Shown here: piece after piece, positions 38,923 to 49,268 of the stretch
Layout of the letters: the number at the start of each line of letters is the position of its first letter
Numbering within the stretch: the first letter of the stretch is position 1
IMG/VR virus record: IMGVR_UViG_3300018080_000154
Location: 18,954 to 82,953 of that record
Reading direction: 5' to 3' (one strand)
From: a virus
Length of the DNA: 64,000 bases
Notes under the pieces: model-generated
Told to the model about the DNA's origin: nothing
Databases searched by the model: none
The model's input: only the letters and a program-made list of their open reading frames with translations
Translations under genes and position numbers: made by a program

Positions 38923-40066
38923 TTATAACCTGTTCGCACATTTCATAGACCCTGTTTTTGAATTCATCATCATGTTTTGACATGCTATCAAGACGAGCAG
39001 CAACAATTTGGGTATCTGTAAGTCTATGAGGATTTTTTATTTTTTGAGTTTTCGTTTTTCGTACCTTATCCCAAATGATTGGAACAAAATGAAACACGCC
39101 CTCTGATCTTAGAAAATCATATATCGGTTTTGGTCCGAATCGATTGTTTACACGTATTTTCAGTTTAACAATCTTGTCCTTAACATGACCTTTCAAATTT
39201 TCAAATATGTATTCGTAAAAGTCTTCTGCATCACAGTCTAGTGCATTGACCTCACAATCCATGAATTCTCTGACTGGAAGTTTCATTTTTTCATACGATA
39301 CGTCTTTATCTATTTTCACTACGTTACAAAATTTATCGTAGTTTTCTCCAAAGTCTTTCTTGTAAATGCTACCAGAGTATCCACCACAAATGCCCTCGGA
39401 CTCAAACATCTCATATTTATGAATGTGACCAAGTGCAACGTAATCAAATCTTCTTAGAGGTTTCATTTTAAGTTTGACTTCGTCTACGTATAAACCTTCA
39501 AACGTTTTCTCTGTGCTGTAGTGTGAAACCAAAATATTGAAATACCCATCTACGAGTTTCATCTCATCAATGGATTCATTTACGTATTTACTTATGTCGT
39601 CGTTCGTGTCGTACCGTGCACCGGTTTTTGTGTTGTACTTCATAAAATACGGTACACAATGAAATGCAATCTTTTGTTTTTCAAATTTGAAAGTTTCTAT
39701 TTCAAAATCTGCAATATGAACACGAGGTATTTGTAATTTTTTAAGATACGTAACAGAAGTACTCGTACCAATAGATGAGTCAATGTCATGATTACCTGGT
39801 ATTATTATGACATCAATTCCTGCATCTACCAATTTTATTATTTGTTCACAGAATTTCTCTATCAATATGCTATCGGGATTTCTTTCTTCATTTATGTCTC
39901 CTGCAATTATGACAAATCTAACCTTACGTTTTATTGCTTTATTCACAATAAACATCAACGTGCGATACACGTCCTCAAATCTTCTATTCAAACCAGTCTT
40001 TGGATTTATCCCACCATACGGGTGGTATTTAAGACCAAGATCTGCGGTGTGAATAATCTCAATCAT
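38903..40066 (-). CDS. sbcD: SbcD/Mre11/gp47-like nuclease
   Basis: HTAD, AGD, PGNHD, YVALGHIH, YSGS. Confidence 0.92.
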   Translation of the reverse strand: MIEIIHTADLGLKYHPYGGINPKTGLNRRFEDVYRTLMFIVNKAIKRKVRFVIIAGDINEERNPDSILIEKFCEQIIKLVDAGIDVIIIPGNHDIDSSIGTSTSVTYLKKLQIPRVHIADFEIETFKFEKQKIAFHCVPYFMKYNTKTGARYDTNDDISKYVNESIDEMKLVDGYFNILVSHYSTEKTFEGLYVDEVKLKMKPLRRFDYVALGHIHKYEMFESEGICGGYSGSIYKKDFGENYDKFCNVVKIDKDVSYEKMKLPVREFMDCEVNALDCDAEDFYEYIFENLKGHVKDKIVKLKIRVNNRFGPKPIYDFLRSEGVFHFVPIIWDKVRKTKTQKIKNPHRLTDTQIVAARLDSMSKHDDEFKNRVYEMCEQVINECNEN

Positions 40067-40335
40067 GCTTTCTCATTCAATCGTTGTTTGATGTTGTCAA
40101 GTTTTGTTTTGTACATATCTGGATTGTCTGCAATCAATGAAATCTCACTAACGTATCCACCAAGTATCGTAACAAAACTTTCAAGTTTTTGCTCGGTAAG
40201 TTCACCAGTACGTCTTTCGTTAAATATTATTGTGTTTTCCAAAATTGTCTTAACACAACTACGTTGATGCCGATCATAGATTTCCAATCGATCACATACA
40301 TTGTTTATCATTTTTTCGAAGGCTTCATCTGGCAT
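40063..40335 (-). CDS. hypothetical protein
   Basis: 90 aa, coupled. Confidence 0.55.
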   Translation of the reverse strand: MPDEAFEKMINNVCDRLEIYDRHQRSCVKTILENTIIFNERRTGELTEQKLESFVTILGGYVSEISLIADNPDMYKTKLDNIKQRLNEKA

Positions 40336-41417
40336 TAGCTTAATACCTCTCCATAAACTTCAGCAATTTTTTCACAATTCTCTTCATACATTTTCCTGAA
40401 ACCTTTGTATCCTGCAAATTTCGGAAAACCCTCAATTTCTTTCCACGCAGACTTAGGTACTCGTTTTATTAATTTTGCATCATTAAGTTTGTTGTAAATA
40501 GGCCAGCATCTATCTATGCCTATGCCAAAAATAATCAAACCCTTTGCAATCTTAAAAGGTGGTGCTACTTTATTTTTCACAACTTTAGCCTTGAATTCTT
40601 TACCAACTATTTCGTCATTTTCTTTGTAAGCAGTAGATGGTCGTATTTCAATTCGTGTCGATGCATAAAATTTAAGAGCCGAACCACCTGTGGTGTATTC
40701 TGGATTACCATACACTACACCAATCTTTGTTCTAATCTGATTTATGAAAATCACCACACATTTTGTTTTCATTGTTGACATAACAGATACAAGACGTTTT
40801 AGACCCTCACTCATTAGTCGTGCATGTGCACCGAGGCCAGCACCAGTTCCTGATTCTAATTCACCGGTCAACATGGCCTTCGGTGTCATTGCAGCAACAC
40901 TATCAACTATGACGGCAATGGGTTTAGATGGTTTTTTGTATTCCACCTCATACTCGTATGCAGATTTTATAATCTTTTCGGTGATATCAAAAACCTGTTC
41001 ACCATTGTCCGGTTGACTAAGAATAAGTTTCTCAATATCGACACCAATATTTTGAGCATAATCTGGATCAAGTGCATGTTCAACATCTTCAAACACAACC
41101 TGACCACCAAGCTTTTGAATTTCGGCAGCGACATGTAAAGCAAGTGTAGTTTTTCCTGAAGCCTCTGGCCCATAAATTTCAATTATTCTACCTGCCGGTA
41201 AACCACCAATACCAAGTGCTTCATCTAGTGGTTCATAACCTGTAGAACAAAGAGCCGGTACCCTATTACCTTCACCTTTCTTCATGGTCATAATACTTTC
41301 ACGACCATAATCTTTTCTAACAACAGATACCAAAAAATCTGTGATGTTCTTTGGCTCTTTTTTATCGTCTGCTTTTTTCTTTACACTTACTTTTTTTGTA
41401 GTCTTACGCTTAGCCAT
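40335..41417 (-). CDS. recA: RecA recombinase
   Basis: GGLPAGRIIEIYGPEASGKTT, DSVAA, FINQIR..GNPE.TTGG.ALKFYAS.R, VKNKVAPPF. Confidence 0.97.
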   Translation of the reverse strand: MAKRKTTKKVSVKKKADDKKEPKNITDFLVSVVRKDYGRESIMTMKKGEGNRVPALCSTGYEPLDEALGIGGLPAGRIIEIYGPEASGKTTLALHVAAEIQKLGGQVVFEDVEHALDPDYAQNIGVDIEKLILSQPDNGEQVFDITEKIIKSAYEYEVEYKKPSKPIAVIVDSVAAMTPKAMLTGELESGTGAGLGAHARLMSEGLKRLVSVMSTMKTKCVVIFINQIRTKIGVVYGNPEYTTGGSALKFYASTRIEIRPSTAYKENDEIVGKEFKAKVVKNKVAPPFKIAKGLIIFGIGIDRCWPIYNKLNDAKLIKRVPKSAWKEIEGFPKFAGYKGFRKMYEENCEKIAEVYGEVLS

Positions 41418-41424
41418 TTTTCAC

Positions 41425-42531
41425 CTATACGTCTTCGTCTTCGTCTTCTGCCTCAAACTCTGTTCCACAATGCTCACAGCTTAAGCTATCTATGGAAATC
41501 ATCTCTCCACATTCTGGGCATTCTGCAGTTTCATCTTCATCTGTTTCCTCTTCTTCCTCTGGCTCAGGTTCGGGTTCGGTTTCTTTCTTCTTTTTTGTTT
41601 TGACTTTGGTTTTTGTTTTAACCTTAGTTTTTGTCCTAGGTTTTGTTTCAACTTCTTCTTCCTCTTCTACTTCATCTTCTTCAACCTCAGGCTCTGGCTC
41701 TTTTTTCTTCTTTGACTTCTTCACCGATACAGAGAATTTTTTCTTAGGTGCATCTTCTTCATCATCATCTGATTTTCTACTACGTTTTGGTTTTACGTCA
41801 TCAGATTTTTTCTTCTTATCACCCTTAACACCAACGTTGAGCCATTGATCAAGTATTTTTGGGTCAGTGGGTTTTGTAAGTTCGTCAAGGTCATAAAGTT
41901 CCATTGTCTTTTCTTCTTTTGTGAGCTTAACTTCCTTATCCTTATAGCCTCTGTATTCAGTGTCTGTGCCTCTACCAGATTTCTTGATACGAATATCGTA
42001 CGATTCTTCTTCGTAGTCACCATGTTCGTCAACGACGTCAATAATCTCGTCAAAAATACCACCACGACCAGATGAAATACCACCTTGAGAAGTAGATTTT
42101 GAAAGTATTTTTGTATGTTCATTTTCTTTACACCAGTTATCGTCACGATCGATAACATTCATGTATGCAAATTCTCTTGCTTGCCAACTTGCAGGATACT
42201 TTTGAGTAGGTGCCGAACGATCACCAACTGCAATTTCAGCCATCTCGATTTCTTCTTTTGTGTATTCACCGTCTGAATTCAAAAGCGCGGCAGCCTCAAT
42301 ATGTCGTTTACATACTTTACACTCACCGTTACCTTCTTCATCCTTTACACAAATTGAATGAACCGGTGTTCCATCTGCAGCGATAAACCAGTGTTCCCAA
42401 ACAAATTTCATATCACCAACAATACGAAATCTGTTATTACCTGGTTGCAACACTTTTTTCTTAAACTCAGGCATCACACTCTGAGCATCATGTTGCTTCT
42501 TCTTCTTCATAATCTTGTCAATATTACCCAT
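41425..42531 (-). CDS. single-stranded DNA-binding protein (gp32-like) with acidic linker and C-terminal Zn ribbon
   Basis: PGNNRFRI..EHW..C..C..C, YMNVIDR, DIRIKKSG.GTDTEY; CPECG..CEHCG. Confidence 0.75.
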   Translation of the reverse strand: MGNIDKIMKKKKQHDAQSVMPEFKKKVLQPGNNRFRIVGDMKFVWEHWFIAADGTPVHSICVKDEEGNGECKVCKRHIEAAALLNSDGEYTKEEIEMAEIAVGDRSAPTQKYPASWQAREFAYMNVIDRDDNWCKENEHTKILSKSTSQGGISSGRGGIFDEIIDVVDEHGDYEEESYDIRIKKSGRGTDTEYRGYKDKEVKLTKEEKTMELYDLDELTKPTDPKILDQWLNVGVKGDKKKKSDDVKPKRSRKSDDDEEDAPKKKFSVSVKKSKKKKEPEPEVEEDEVEEEEEVETKPRTKTKVKTKTKVKTKKKKETEPEPEPEEEEETDEDETAECPECGEMISIDSLSCEHCGTEFEAEDEDEDV

Positions 42532-42544
42532 AGTGAACTTCTCC

Positions 42545-42754
42545 TTATTCGAGTTCGTTATTTATCTCTTCTATTTTTTCAACAATGAAATCTTCAACAT
42601 ACTTGACACAACGCTTTCTTGCTTTATCAAGTGTTTCGTCTTCTTCAACATCGGTAGAGTAACTAAAATGCACATCGATTGAACCAAAATCACCATCTGA
42701 TATTTTTCTACTCATACCGTAATTTATTCTATCTGGTGTTTGTGGCATAATCAT
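42545..42754 (-). CDS. hypothetical protein
   Basis: 69 aa in recombination operon. Confidence 0.6.
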   Translation of the reverse strand: MIMPQTPDRINYGMSRKISDGDFGSIDVHFSYSTDVEEDETLDKARKRCVKYVEDFIVEKIEEINNELE

Positions 42755-43320
42755 GCTCCATGTTTGTGACGAATTTTAGAAAGCTCAAGGTCCAATGCAA
42801 TATGTTTTGAAAGTGATTGTGCAGTATGAACACCAGCCTTCCAAACTTCAAGCATACCTAGAGCAACTTTACTTTTTGCCTCAAGATCTCGTATCTCTTT
42901 TTTGAAACCATCTATTTCTTCTTTGTACTCCTTATAGATTGCAGCATCGATTGCTTTTTGTGTTGCTTTCTCTTCCATTGCGTTTGACATTTCATCAAAC
43001 CATTCTTTCATTTTAAAATCAAATTTCTCTTTCTCTTCATTGTATCTAGCATCTATCAAACGATATTCCACTATTGCCCAACTGTACAACGAAGGGTAAT
43101 CGGCAAGAAGTCTTTTCACTTCATGAGGATCAACATGCCCAGTGTCTTCTTTAATTACCTTTGCAACACTAACGAGACGTTTGTGCATCCCAATTGCAAA
43201 TGTCTCTAAATCAAGATCATCTAAATTTTTAGAAAAATCTTCAGCATCATATTTCTTTACATTAAATGATCTTCCTGAACTTGCAGTTTTGCCTGCTTTC
43301 TTTTTAGGCTTTAATGCCAT
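42751..43320 (-). CDS. putative recombination mediator (UvsY-like helical protein)
   Basis: Helical, KATQKAIDAAI motif, located next to SSB/RecA. Confidence 0.5.
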   Translation of the reverse strand: MALKPKKKAGKTASSGRSFNVKKYDAEDFSKNLDDLDLETFAIGMHKRLVSVAKVIKEDTGHVDPHEVKRLLADYPSLYSWAIVEYRLIDARYNEEKEKFDFKMKEWFDEMSNAMEEKATQKAIDAAIYKEYKEEIDGFKKEIRDLEAKSKVALGMLEVWKAGVHTAQSLSKHIALDLELSKIRHKHGA

Positions 43321-43331
43321 ATCTTTCTCCT

Positions 43332-43970
43332 CTATTTTATTTTGCTCAATACTTTATTAAGCTCTATTTCATCAAGAATTTTTTCATAATAGTAAGTGGC
43401 CTGCATATCTGCATTATGGGTGTACAGAACACGTGGATCATATTTTATTGCATTCGTCCACGCACGCCGACCTGCATCTGTACCGCACGACTCATCCCAC
43501 ATTCCCTCTGCCCATCTTATTGCTGCACACTCAGTTCGAGACAGATCAGGAACATATTTTCTTGTCAACGCCAATGAAACTTCAGCGTGAGTTAGAATGT
43601 CGTCACGATATTGACCTTCATAAAATTTCATTTGACACCATACGTTGTCAATTTTTCTATTTCTAAATCCAATTTTGTAAGTGCCGACTTTATTAAGATC
43701 ATGACCTATTGCAACAATCAACGTGTCGAATGTGTCTGTAGTGAATTGATCTTTAATTTTGCTAGATCTTATTTGATCTTCAAGTATTTCATTCACGTTT
43801 AACATGTGATCGACAAGACCACCAGGGTAATTGTTATGATATCGTTGAGATGCTGGATCTGTGTAGAAAGAAGTCGTCTCCAACCACCCAATCAAATCAT
43901 CGTACGACCTATTATTCTTTTTTGCATTGAGCTTTAAAAGACCTAGCAACTTCCCTTTTTGACTAGACAT
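43332..43970 (-). CDS. HD-domain phosphohydrolase
   Basis: PAS.RYH..YPGGLVDH, HDLNK, HNAD. Confidence 0.85.
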   Translation of the reverse strand: MSSQKGKLLGLLKLNAKKNNRSYDDLIGWLETTSFYTDPASQRYHNNYPGGLVDHMLNVNEILEDQIRSSKIKDQFTTDTFDTLIVAIGHDLNKVGTYKIGFRNRKIDNVWCQMKFYEGQYRDDILTHAEVSLALTRKYVPDLSRTECAAIRWAEGMWDESCGTDAGRRAWTNAIKYDPRVLYTHNADMQATYYYEKILDEIELNKVLSKIK

Positions 43971-46900
43971 TTTTTCTTCCCCTTCTTTTTAGTAGTTATA
44001 CAAATGCGTTTCTTAACTTTAAGAGCATCTGGTGATTGTTTCACTTTAAATGGACTTCTTTTGCCCAACAGAACATCCCTATTTTTCTTTGAAAGAAACC
44101 TGTCGTTATTTATTCTTTCTTCTACATATTCTCTTTTCTTTTTAGGGTCGTTTAACCACTTACGATACATTGTCATTTTCTTTTTTCTTTTTGCTATTGT
44201 TTCAAAAAGATACTGATCCCAATCATATTTAGGAAAAACGCATGCAAGTAGTCTAAGAAGAAGACCATAGATTTTCATATCCCAATAGTATTCTTTACTG
44301 TATGTACCATCAAAATCGTCTACGTGAATACCTTGAAGTCTAGGATTTTTTTCAGTCACAATATACGGGATGTGCATACCAACATAGAATTCTTTTTTTG
44401 ACTTTATCATATCTTCTGCAACTCTAATGTGCACAGCCTTTTGCTTATAGTTTTCTGGCCGACGAGATATTCTTGTCATGATGGTAATGTCTTTTAGATC
44501 AAACTTGCCGGTTTCAAAGATATTCATTTCTTTTCGTATGAAGTCTATGTAGTGCTTCAAATTATAATCTTCATACAGAATCTGTCTTATCAACTCTATT
44601 TGAAGACGTCGACCGTACTCAATGGCATCCCTTTTAATATAGTCAAGACCTTTACCGTAAACCTTATCAACCTTTTCTCCATCGATTTCAATTAGTCTAC
44701 CTGCGTATTGCTTTTTATGAAGTAACAAAATCTTTGAATAAGTTTTTTCATGTTCCAAAACAATATGTGAAATATCTATATTAAAATCTTTTTTGAGATG
44801 TTCTGCATAACCTTCATGAATTTTTTCAAGAACTTTTGACACATCAGGATTGTCATCCATTTTCACAAAGACAGAGTCAGTGTTGTGAAGTATTGTACCA
44901 CCACACGCATCAATAAACGTATGATCTTCTTCAACCTCTAAGTCATATACGTAACCATCTGTTTTTCTAGTGTGTTCTGATTTATATAAAACTCTTTTTT
45001 CTTTCCATCGTTTTATTGCAGCTAGTGATTTCGTATTTGCAGTGTCTTTATTTCTAAATTCAACCCAGACCACATTCTTTTCTTTTTTGTGTCTAAATCG
45101 ATAATAATAATCTTTGTCAAAATAAAAATTGAGTAGAAAAAAAGCCTGACTAACCATTTTCCTACTTTTGCCACCAATGCTTCCAGTATTTAAATCTTTA
45201 TCAAAAAGATCCTTTATGCCATCACCGTATTGATAACCTAAAAATATACCTTCAACAAAATCTCTATTCGACATGCACGAAAAATCTGGAAATTGTTTTT
45301 TGCTACTACCATATCCACATAACTCTTCAAGTAGTCTTGCATACAAAAATGTTTTCAATTTTATTCTTGCGCCATTATGGTACTCAAAATATTCAACAGC
45401 ATCTGAACCAAATACTTTACGTGCAAGACTAAAAAAATATTTTACCTCTTTTTTATTTTTACTACAGTACAGAATAGGTGAAGTAAATTTCAATCTATTG
45501 TGTTTGGATACTGAACCTTCTGCCATGTACCCACCAAGGACGATACCGAAATCTTTATCTAATTTAATAAAACGTTTTGCTTTAAATAATTTATCGGAAA
45601 AGCCTTTTGTCTTTGCCTTTATTCCTACTGTCAATGTTTTATCTCTATTTTTTTCACAAGAGTAATCCATTCTTGTAATAGTGTCTTTAATGTAACCATC
45701 AAAAAGAGATTTAATATCTATACGTTTCACAGTATTCGTAAATTTTAATTTTCTTTTATCTACAGTATCTATTTTTATATCACTAGAATAGATCATTTTA
45801 TCTTCATAATTATTGACAGTAGATAAAGATCCGTTCGAGTAAAAAGAATGATCAGTTGTTACACTAAAATCACTATCTGGACATGTGATATTGTAGAGTT
45901 TTTTACGAGTTTTGTGTCTTATTATTCTACGAACTTTTTGCCATTTACCCTTTCCAGACATTGTACGAATATTGTTATCATTTAGATAAATTATTTCTTT
46001 ACCTCTATCTCGTACAATACGATTTGGGAATGCTGCAAAAATATCACCTATCTTCTCTACTACGACATTATTAGAGTATTTCATCGGTATATAAGTATCA
46101 TACGGAACACTGTCACCGTACAGGGTCTCATAACCAAAATACTCTTTCATCAATTGTTTTGTAAGTTTTATCAGGTAATGGCCAGCCTTTGTAATGCTTT
46201 CAGCAACGTCACGGTCGTAGTATCTATTTCCTCTTTGTGCCATTGTTCCGTACAATGAGTTGGCCATTTCTTTAACGATGACCTGTGTGGCAAATGCTGC
46301 ATCATAATCCTTTGAACCGTGTGGACAACTTAACTGTATTTCTTTGTATTTCTTTCTTTCATCAAGTAGTTTCCTAATGATTGTTGGTAGCATTCCCTTT
46401 TTGTTTTTCTTTGTCCAAAACTCATTGACAGTATTTATCTCAGTGGTTTTCGGTTTTTTCTTCATGAACGTTTCAAGACTAATGTTCCACGTCATGATTA
46501 TTGTTGGATATAGACTTTTAAAGTCAAATACGTACACGTTGTCATGAATTCCTGCCACAGGGTCTAGTACGTAACCACCTACTACGTGTTCCTCTTCTTC
46601 TTTCTTGTCACCAAATGACGTCGACTTAAAGTGAACATCATTCTTATTCGAGTATCGTAAAATGTAGTTGTCAAGAAGTTCGCTTAAATAAAATTTACTC
46701 GGAAACGTACCGCACCACTGACATTCAAGAAGAATAAGTTCAAAGACTTTTAATTTCTGCTCAAGTTGTAGAAGAAGCACGCAGTCTTTGATGTTGTATT
46801 TTTTAAGTTTAGTAGGATTGTCTTGCCAGAGATTGTAAATACCTTCGTTGACTTCGATCTTAACATCACCTATGAAGTAATTACTTATAAAATTGAGACT

Positions 46901-47737
46901 CCAACTCCTGATGTTTTGATCATAATAGAACAATTTCTGAAAACGTTTCATGAAATCTATGTGTGCAACATCTTTCATTGTTGGAAAGTAACCACGATAT
47001 CGTTTCCATCTTTCACGTAGATACGGAACGTCAAAGTTTCCAGAGTTCCAACCAATGATTATGTCATATTTGTAGATGTATTCCCAAATGTCGTTGAGAA
47101 GTTCTTCTTCTGCTTTGTCAGTGTCTTCCTTTAAAAGAAAGAATTTTTTCTTACCATCTTGATCTACTGCTGCAAATGAAAGTATCCTGTCTCTACCTAC
47201 AACGATACCATCTTTTCTATCATCTGTTTCAATATCAAAAAAGATGTATCTAAAATCATTTGATACTTTGATTTCATGATCGATGCAGAATCGTTTGTAA
47301 TTTTTAAGATCACCCTCTAAAAGACTCACACCATGTTTATTGAGAAAATTTTTCAAACGAATACGATCATCTTCATTTCTATCTTCTGGATCTTTTTCGT
47401 TTTCCCATATCTCATTTATAGACTCATTGTCTACATATAGTTTTAGATACTGTCCACATATCTGAATTTTCTCGGTGTATTTCTTTAAAGACCCCCTGGG
47501 CAGTTTTTTCATATCACTCTTGCTGATAAAACAATACCATTTGAAGTCTGTTATCTTGACCTTTAATTTTTTCTTACAATACACACAACGATAGGTAAGA
47601 ACAATATCCCTACCATCGTCGTATGCATTAATAAATGAATCATTTGCCTCCCAGTATTTTTGCAGTTCCACACCAGGAGGTAAATGACCCATAGCCTCAG
47701 TCGGTATATAACCGATGATTTCATAGAGTTGTTTCAT
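43943..47737 (-). CDS. polB: family B DNA polymerase with intein
   Basis: Exonuclease FDIET, GWNS.NFD, YNIKD; DFKSLYPTII; K..ANSLYG; YGD[intein]TDS; KKQY. Confidence 0.96.
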   Translation of the reverse strand: MKQLYEIIGYIPTEAMGHLPPGVELQKYWEANDSFINAYDDGRDIVLTYRCVYCKKKLKVKITDFKWYCFISKSDMKKLPRGSLKKYTEKIQICGQYLKLYVDNESINEIWENEKDPEDRNEDDRIRLKNFLNKHGVSLLEGDLKNYKRFCIDHEIKVSNDFRYIFFDIETDDRKDGIVVGRDRILSFAAVDQDGKKKFFLLKEDTDKAEEELLNDIWEYIYKYDIIIGWNSGNFDVPYLRERWKRYRGYFPTMKDVAHIDFMKRFQKLFYYDQNIRSWSLNFISNYFIGDVKIEVNEGIYNLWQDNPTKLKKYNIKDCVLLLQLEQKLKVFELILLECQWCGTFPSKFYLSELLDNYILRYSNKNDVHFKSTSFGDKKEEEEHVVGGYVLDPVAGIHDNVYVFDFKSLYPTIIMTWNISLETFMKKKPKTTEINTVNEFWTKKNKKGMLPTIIRKLLDERKKYKEIQLSCPHGSKDYDAAFATQVIVKEMANSLYGTMAQRGNRYYDRDVAESITKAGHYLIKLTKQLMKEYFGYETLYGDSVPYDTYIPMKYSNNVVVEKIGDIFAAFPNRIVRDRGKEIIYLNDNNIRTMSGKGKWQKVRRIIRHKTRKKLYNITCPDSDFSVTTDHSFYSNGSLSTVNNYEDKMIYSSDIKIDTVDKRKLKFTNTVKRIDIKSLFDGYIKDTITRMDYSCEKNRDKTLTVGIKAKTKGFSDKLFKAKRFIKLDKDFGIVLGGYMAEGSVSKHNRLKFTSPILYCSKNKKEVKYFFSLARKVFGSDAVEYFEYHNGARIKLKTFLYARLLEELCGYGSSKKQFPDFSCMSNRDFVEGIFLGYQYGDGIKDLFDKDLNTGSIGGKSRKMVSQAFFLLNFYFDKDYYYRFRHKKEKNVVWVEFRNKDTANTKSLAAIKRWKEKRVLYKSEHTRKTDGYVYDLEVEEDHTFIDACGGTILHNTDSVFVKMDDNPDVSKVLEKIHEGYAEHLKKDFNIDISHIVLEHEKTYSKILLLHKKQYAGRLIEIDGEKVDKVYGKGLDYIKRDAIEYGRRLQIELIRQILYEDYNLKHYIDFIRKEMNIFETGKFDLKDITIMTRISRRPENYKQKAVHIRVAEDMIKSKKEFYVGMHIPYIVTEKNPRLQGIHVDDFDGTYSKEYYWDMKIYGLLLRLLACVFPKYDWDQYLFETIAKRKKKMTMYRKWLNDPKKKREYVEERINNDRFLSKKNRDVLLGKRSPFKVKQSPDALKVKKRICITTKKKGKKKCLVKKGSC
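44882..46111 (-). mobile_element. 410-aa intein with LAGLIDADG homing endonuclease in the PolB YGD/TDS motif
   Basis: SVPYDT start, VTTDHS, GGYMAEG and GYQYGDG, VYDLEV..HN|T. Confidence 0.95.
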
Positions 47738-48723
47738 TATTCTTCTTCAAAGAATTTTTTATCAATTGCATCGAGTTTTTCATACTCGTCATAAATCTTC
47801 CATTCATCAGGATCTGGTAATTTTACTCCACTTTCTTTATGAAGTTGAGCGTAATCACTACACGACCAGTTAAACGTTGCGTATGGTTGATCATCTGGCC
47901 ATCTACCACATCCTTTGAAAAGACAACCGAATGCCTCTGATAAAGTATAGTCTTGATGATAAACACATTTTTTAGCAAGATCACATCTTGGTCTAAGACA
48001 ACTTGCCAAAAGAGGTGAATACGTTTCAACCTGGTCACGAATAAGAATTGCAGTTTGAACCGTGTCAAACATCTCACAAGCCATGAGTCGTTGCATACAA
48101 TACGATCTCAGAGCCATGAAATTGCAACCATAGCGATAGTTATGTGTAACATTCATTGGCATTATGCAACGAGCAGTCTGAAACGAACCAGCACCGCGTT
48201 TCAAAATATCTTGATAAAGATCTTTGAATTGTTTCACAAACTCTTCGATGCGTGGTCTAAGTTCTGTATCATTTGCCAACTCGTTGGGTATTCTAAATCC
48301 GGCATCGAGTCGACTGTTATCTCGTACACCTTGACTTTGAAAAAATGCACCAACTCTTTGTCTAGCATGTTGATCAAATGCTGCACGTGTTGCACCACGA
48401 ACGGTGAAACTAAAACTTAGCGCCTCCAATGATTGAGGAAGAGTTTGACCGGTCAAAACTGCATTTACAATTGCAAATCTATGTTGAGGTTTGAGTTTTG
48501 GCCATTTGTTCTCAAATTTCTCATCACCCCAAGTAGAAGTCACATGTTCTACAATTGTCTTTGCATAGTTACCAGGATGATCAAACATCTCAACTGACAT
48601 ACCTTCGGCACCGACATAAAAATTTGTCTCCTTGTTTTCCATGTTCATTTCAGGCAAAGTGCCCATCTCTTTTCTGATTTCATTCTTTTCTTCAGCCCCA
48701 AGACCTTTGAACAAGTCTTTCAT
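47737..48723 (-). CDS. ThyX-family flavoprotein (atypical active site)
   Basis: LE..SFSF.V.GATRA..DQ.ARQR, QTARCIMP, NF.AL...R.C; signature deviates from RHR..S.R. Confidence 0.8.
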   Translation of the reverse strand: MKDLFKGLGAEEKNEIRKEMGTLPEMNMENKETNFYVGAEGMSVEMFDHPGNYAKTIVEHVTSTWGDEKFENKWPKLKPQHRFAIVNAVLTGQTLPQSLEALSFSFTVRGATRAAFDQHARQRVGAFFQSQGVRDNSRLDAGFRIPNELANDTELRPRIEEFVKQFKDLYQDILKRGAGSFQTARCIMPMNVTHNYRYGCNFMALRSYCMQRLMACEMFDTVQTAILIRDQVETYSPLLASCLRPRCDLAKKCVYHQDYTLSEAFGCLFKGCGRWPDDQPYATFNWSCSDYAQLHKESGVKLPDPDEWKIYDEYEKLDAIDKKFFEEE

Positions 48724-49268
48724 TTAGATTCCTCCATAATTATTCTCATTCTATCGAACACTTTCTTAACCTGCATTCTGTAGTTATTCATTTTACTCAT
48801 ACCGTAAATTTTCACATACGATGGATGCCAGATCTTGAAAACTTCATAACCATGATAACCTCTCAAAAAATTCCAAACGACATTGCCAAGAGATACAATT
48901 ATTTTTGGGTCAACTAAAATTACCTCGTTGTACAAAATTCTTCTATCACATTCAAGCATCATTTGAAGAGACAAAGAATTGTCAAACGTACTACACTTAA
49001 CAAGATTTGTGAAAAACAATGGCACGTTGTCGTAATTCATTTCATTTAGCATTTCAAGAAAAAATGAGTATCTTTCATTGTCCCATATCTTGTTACCTGG
49101 GTATCTACATTTACTGGGATTCATACCAACAAAAAGAACACCTCCAGGTTCTCCCCAACCTTCAAGTTTGTTCATACCTTTAGAGTCTTTTTTATTAGAA
49201 CAGATCAAACCTTCTGGACATCTTGCACATTTATGCATTTCATGATAGAGCGCATCAAGTTTTTTCAA
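48720..49268 (-). CDS. uracil-DNA glycosylase superfamily protein (family-4-like Fe-S cysteines)
   Basis: CARC, LFVGMNPS, FTNLVKC, EC..E..VDPKIIVSLG, HPSY. Confidence 0.82.
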   Translation of the reverse strand: MKKLDALYHEMHKCARCPEGLICSNKKDSKGMNKLEGWGEPGGVLFVGMNPSKCRYPGNKIWDNERYSFFLEMLNEMNYDNVPLFFTNLVKCSTFDNSLSLQMMLECDRRILYNEVILVDPKIIVSLGNVVWNFLRGYHGYEVFKIWHPSYVKIYGMSKMNNYRMQVKKVFDRMRIIMEESK

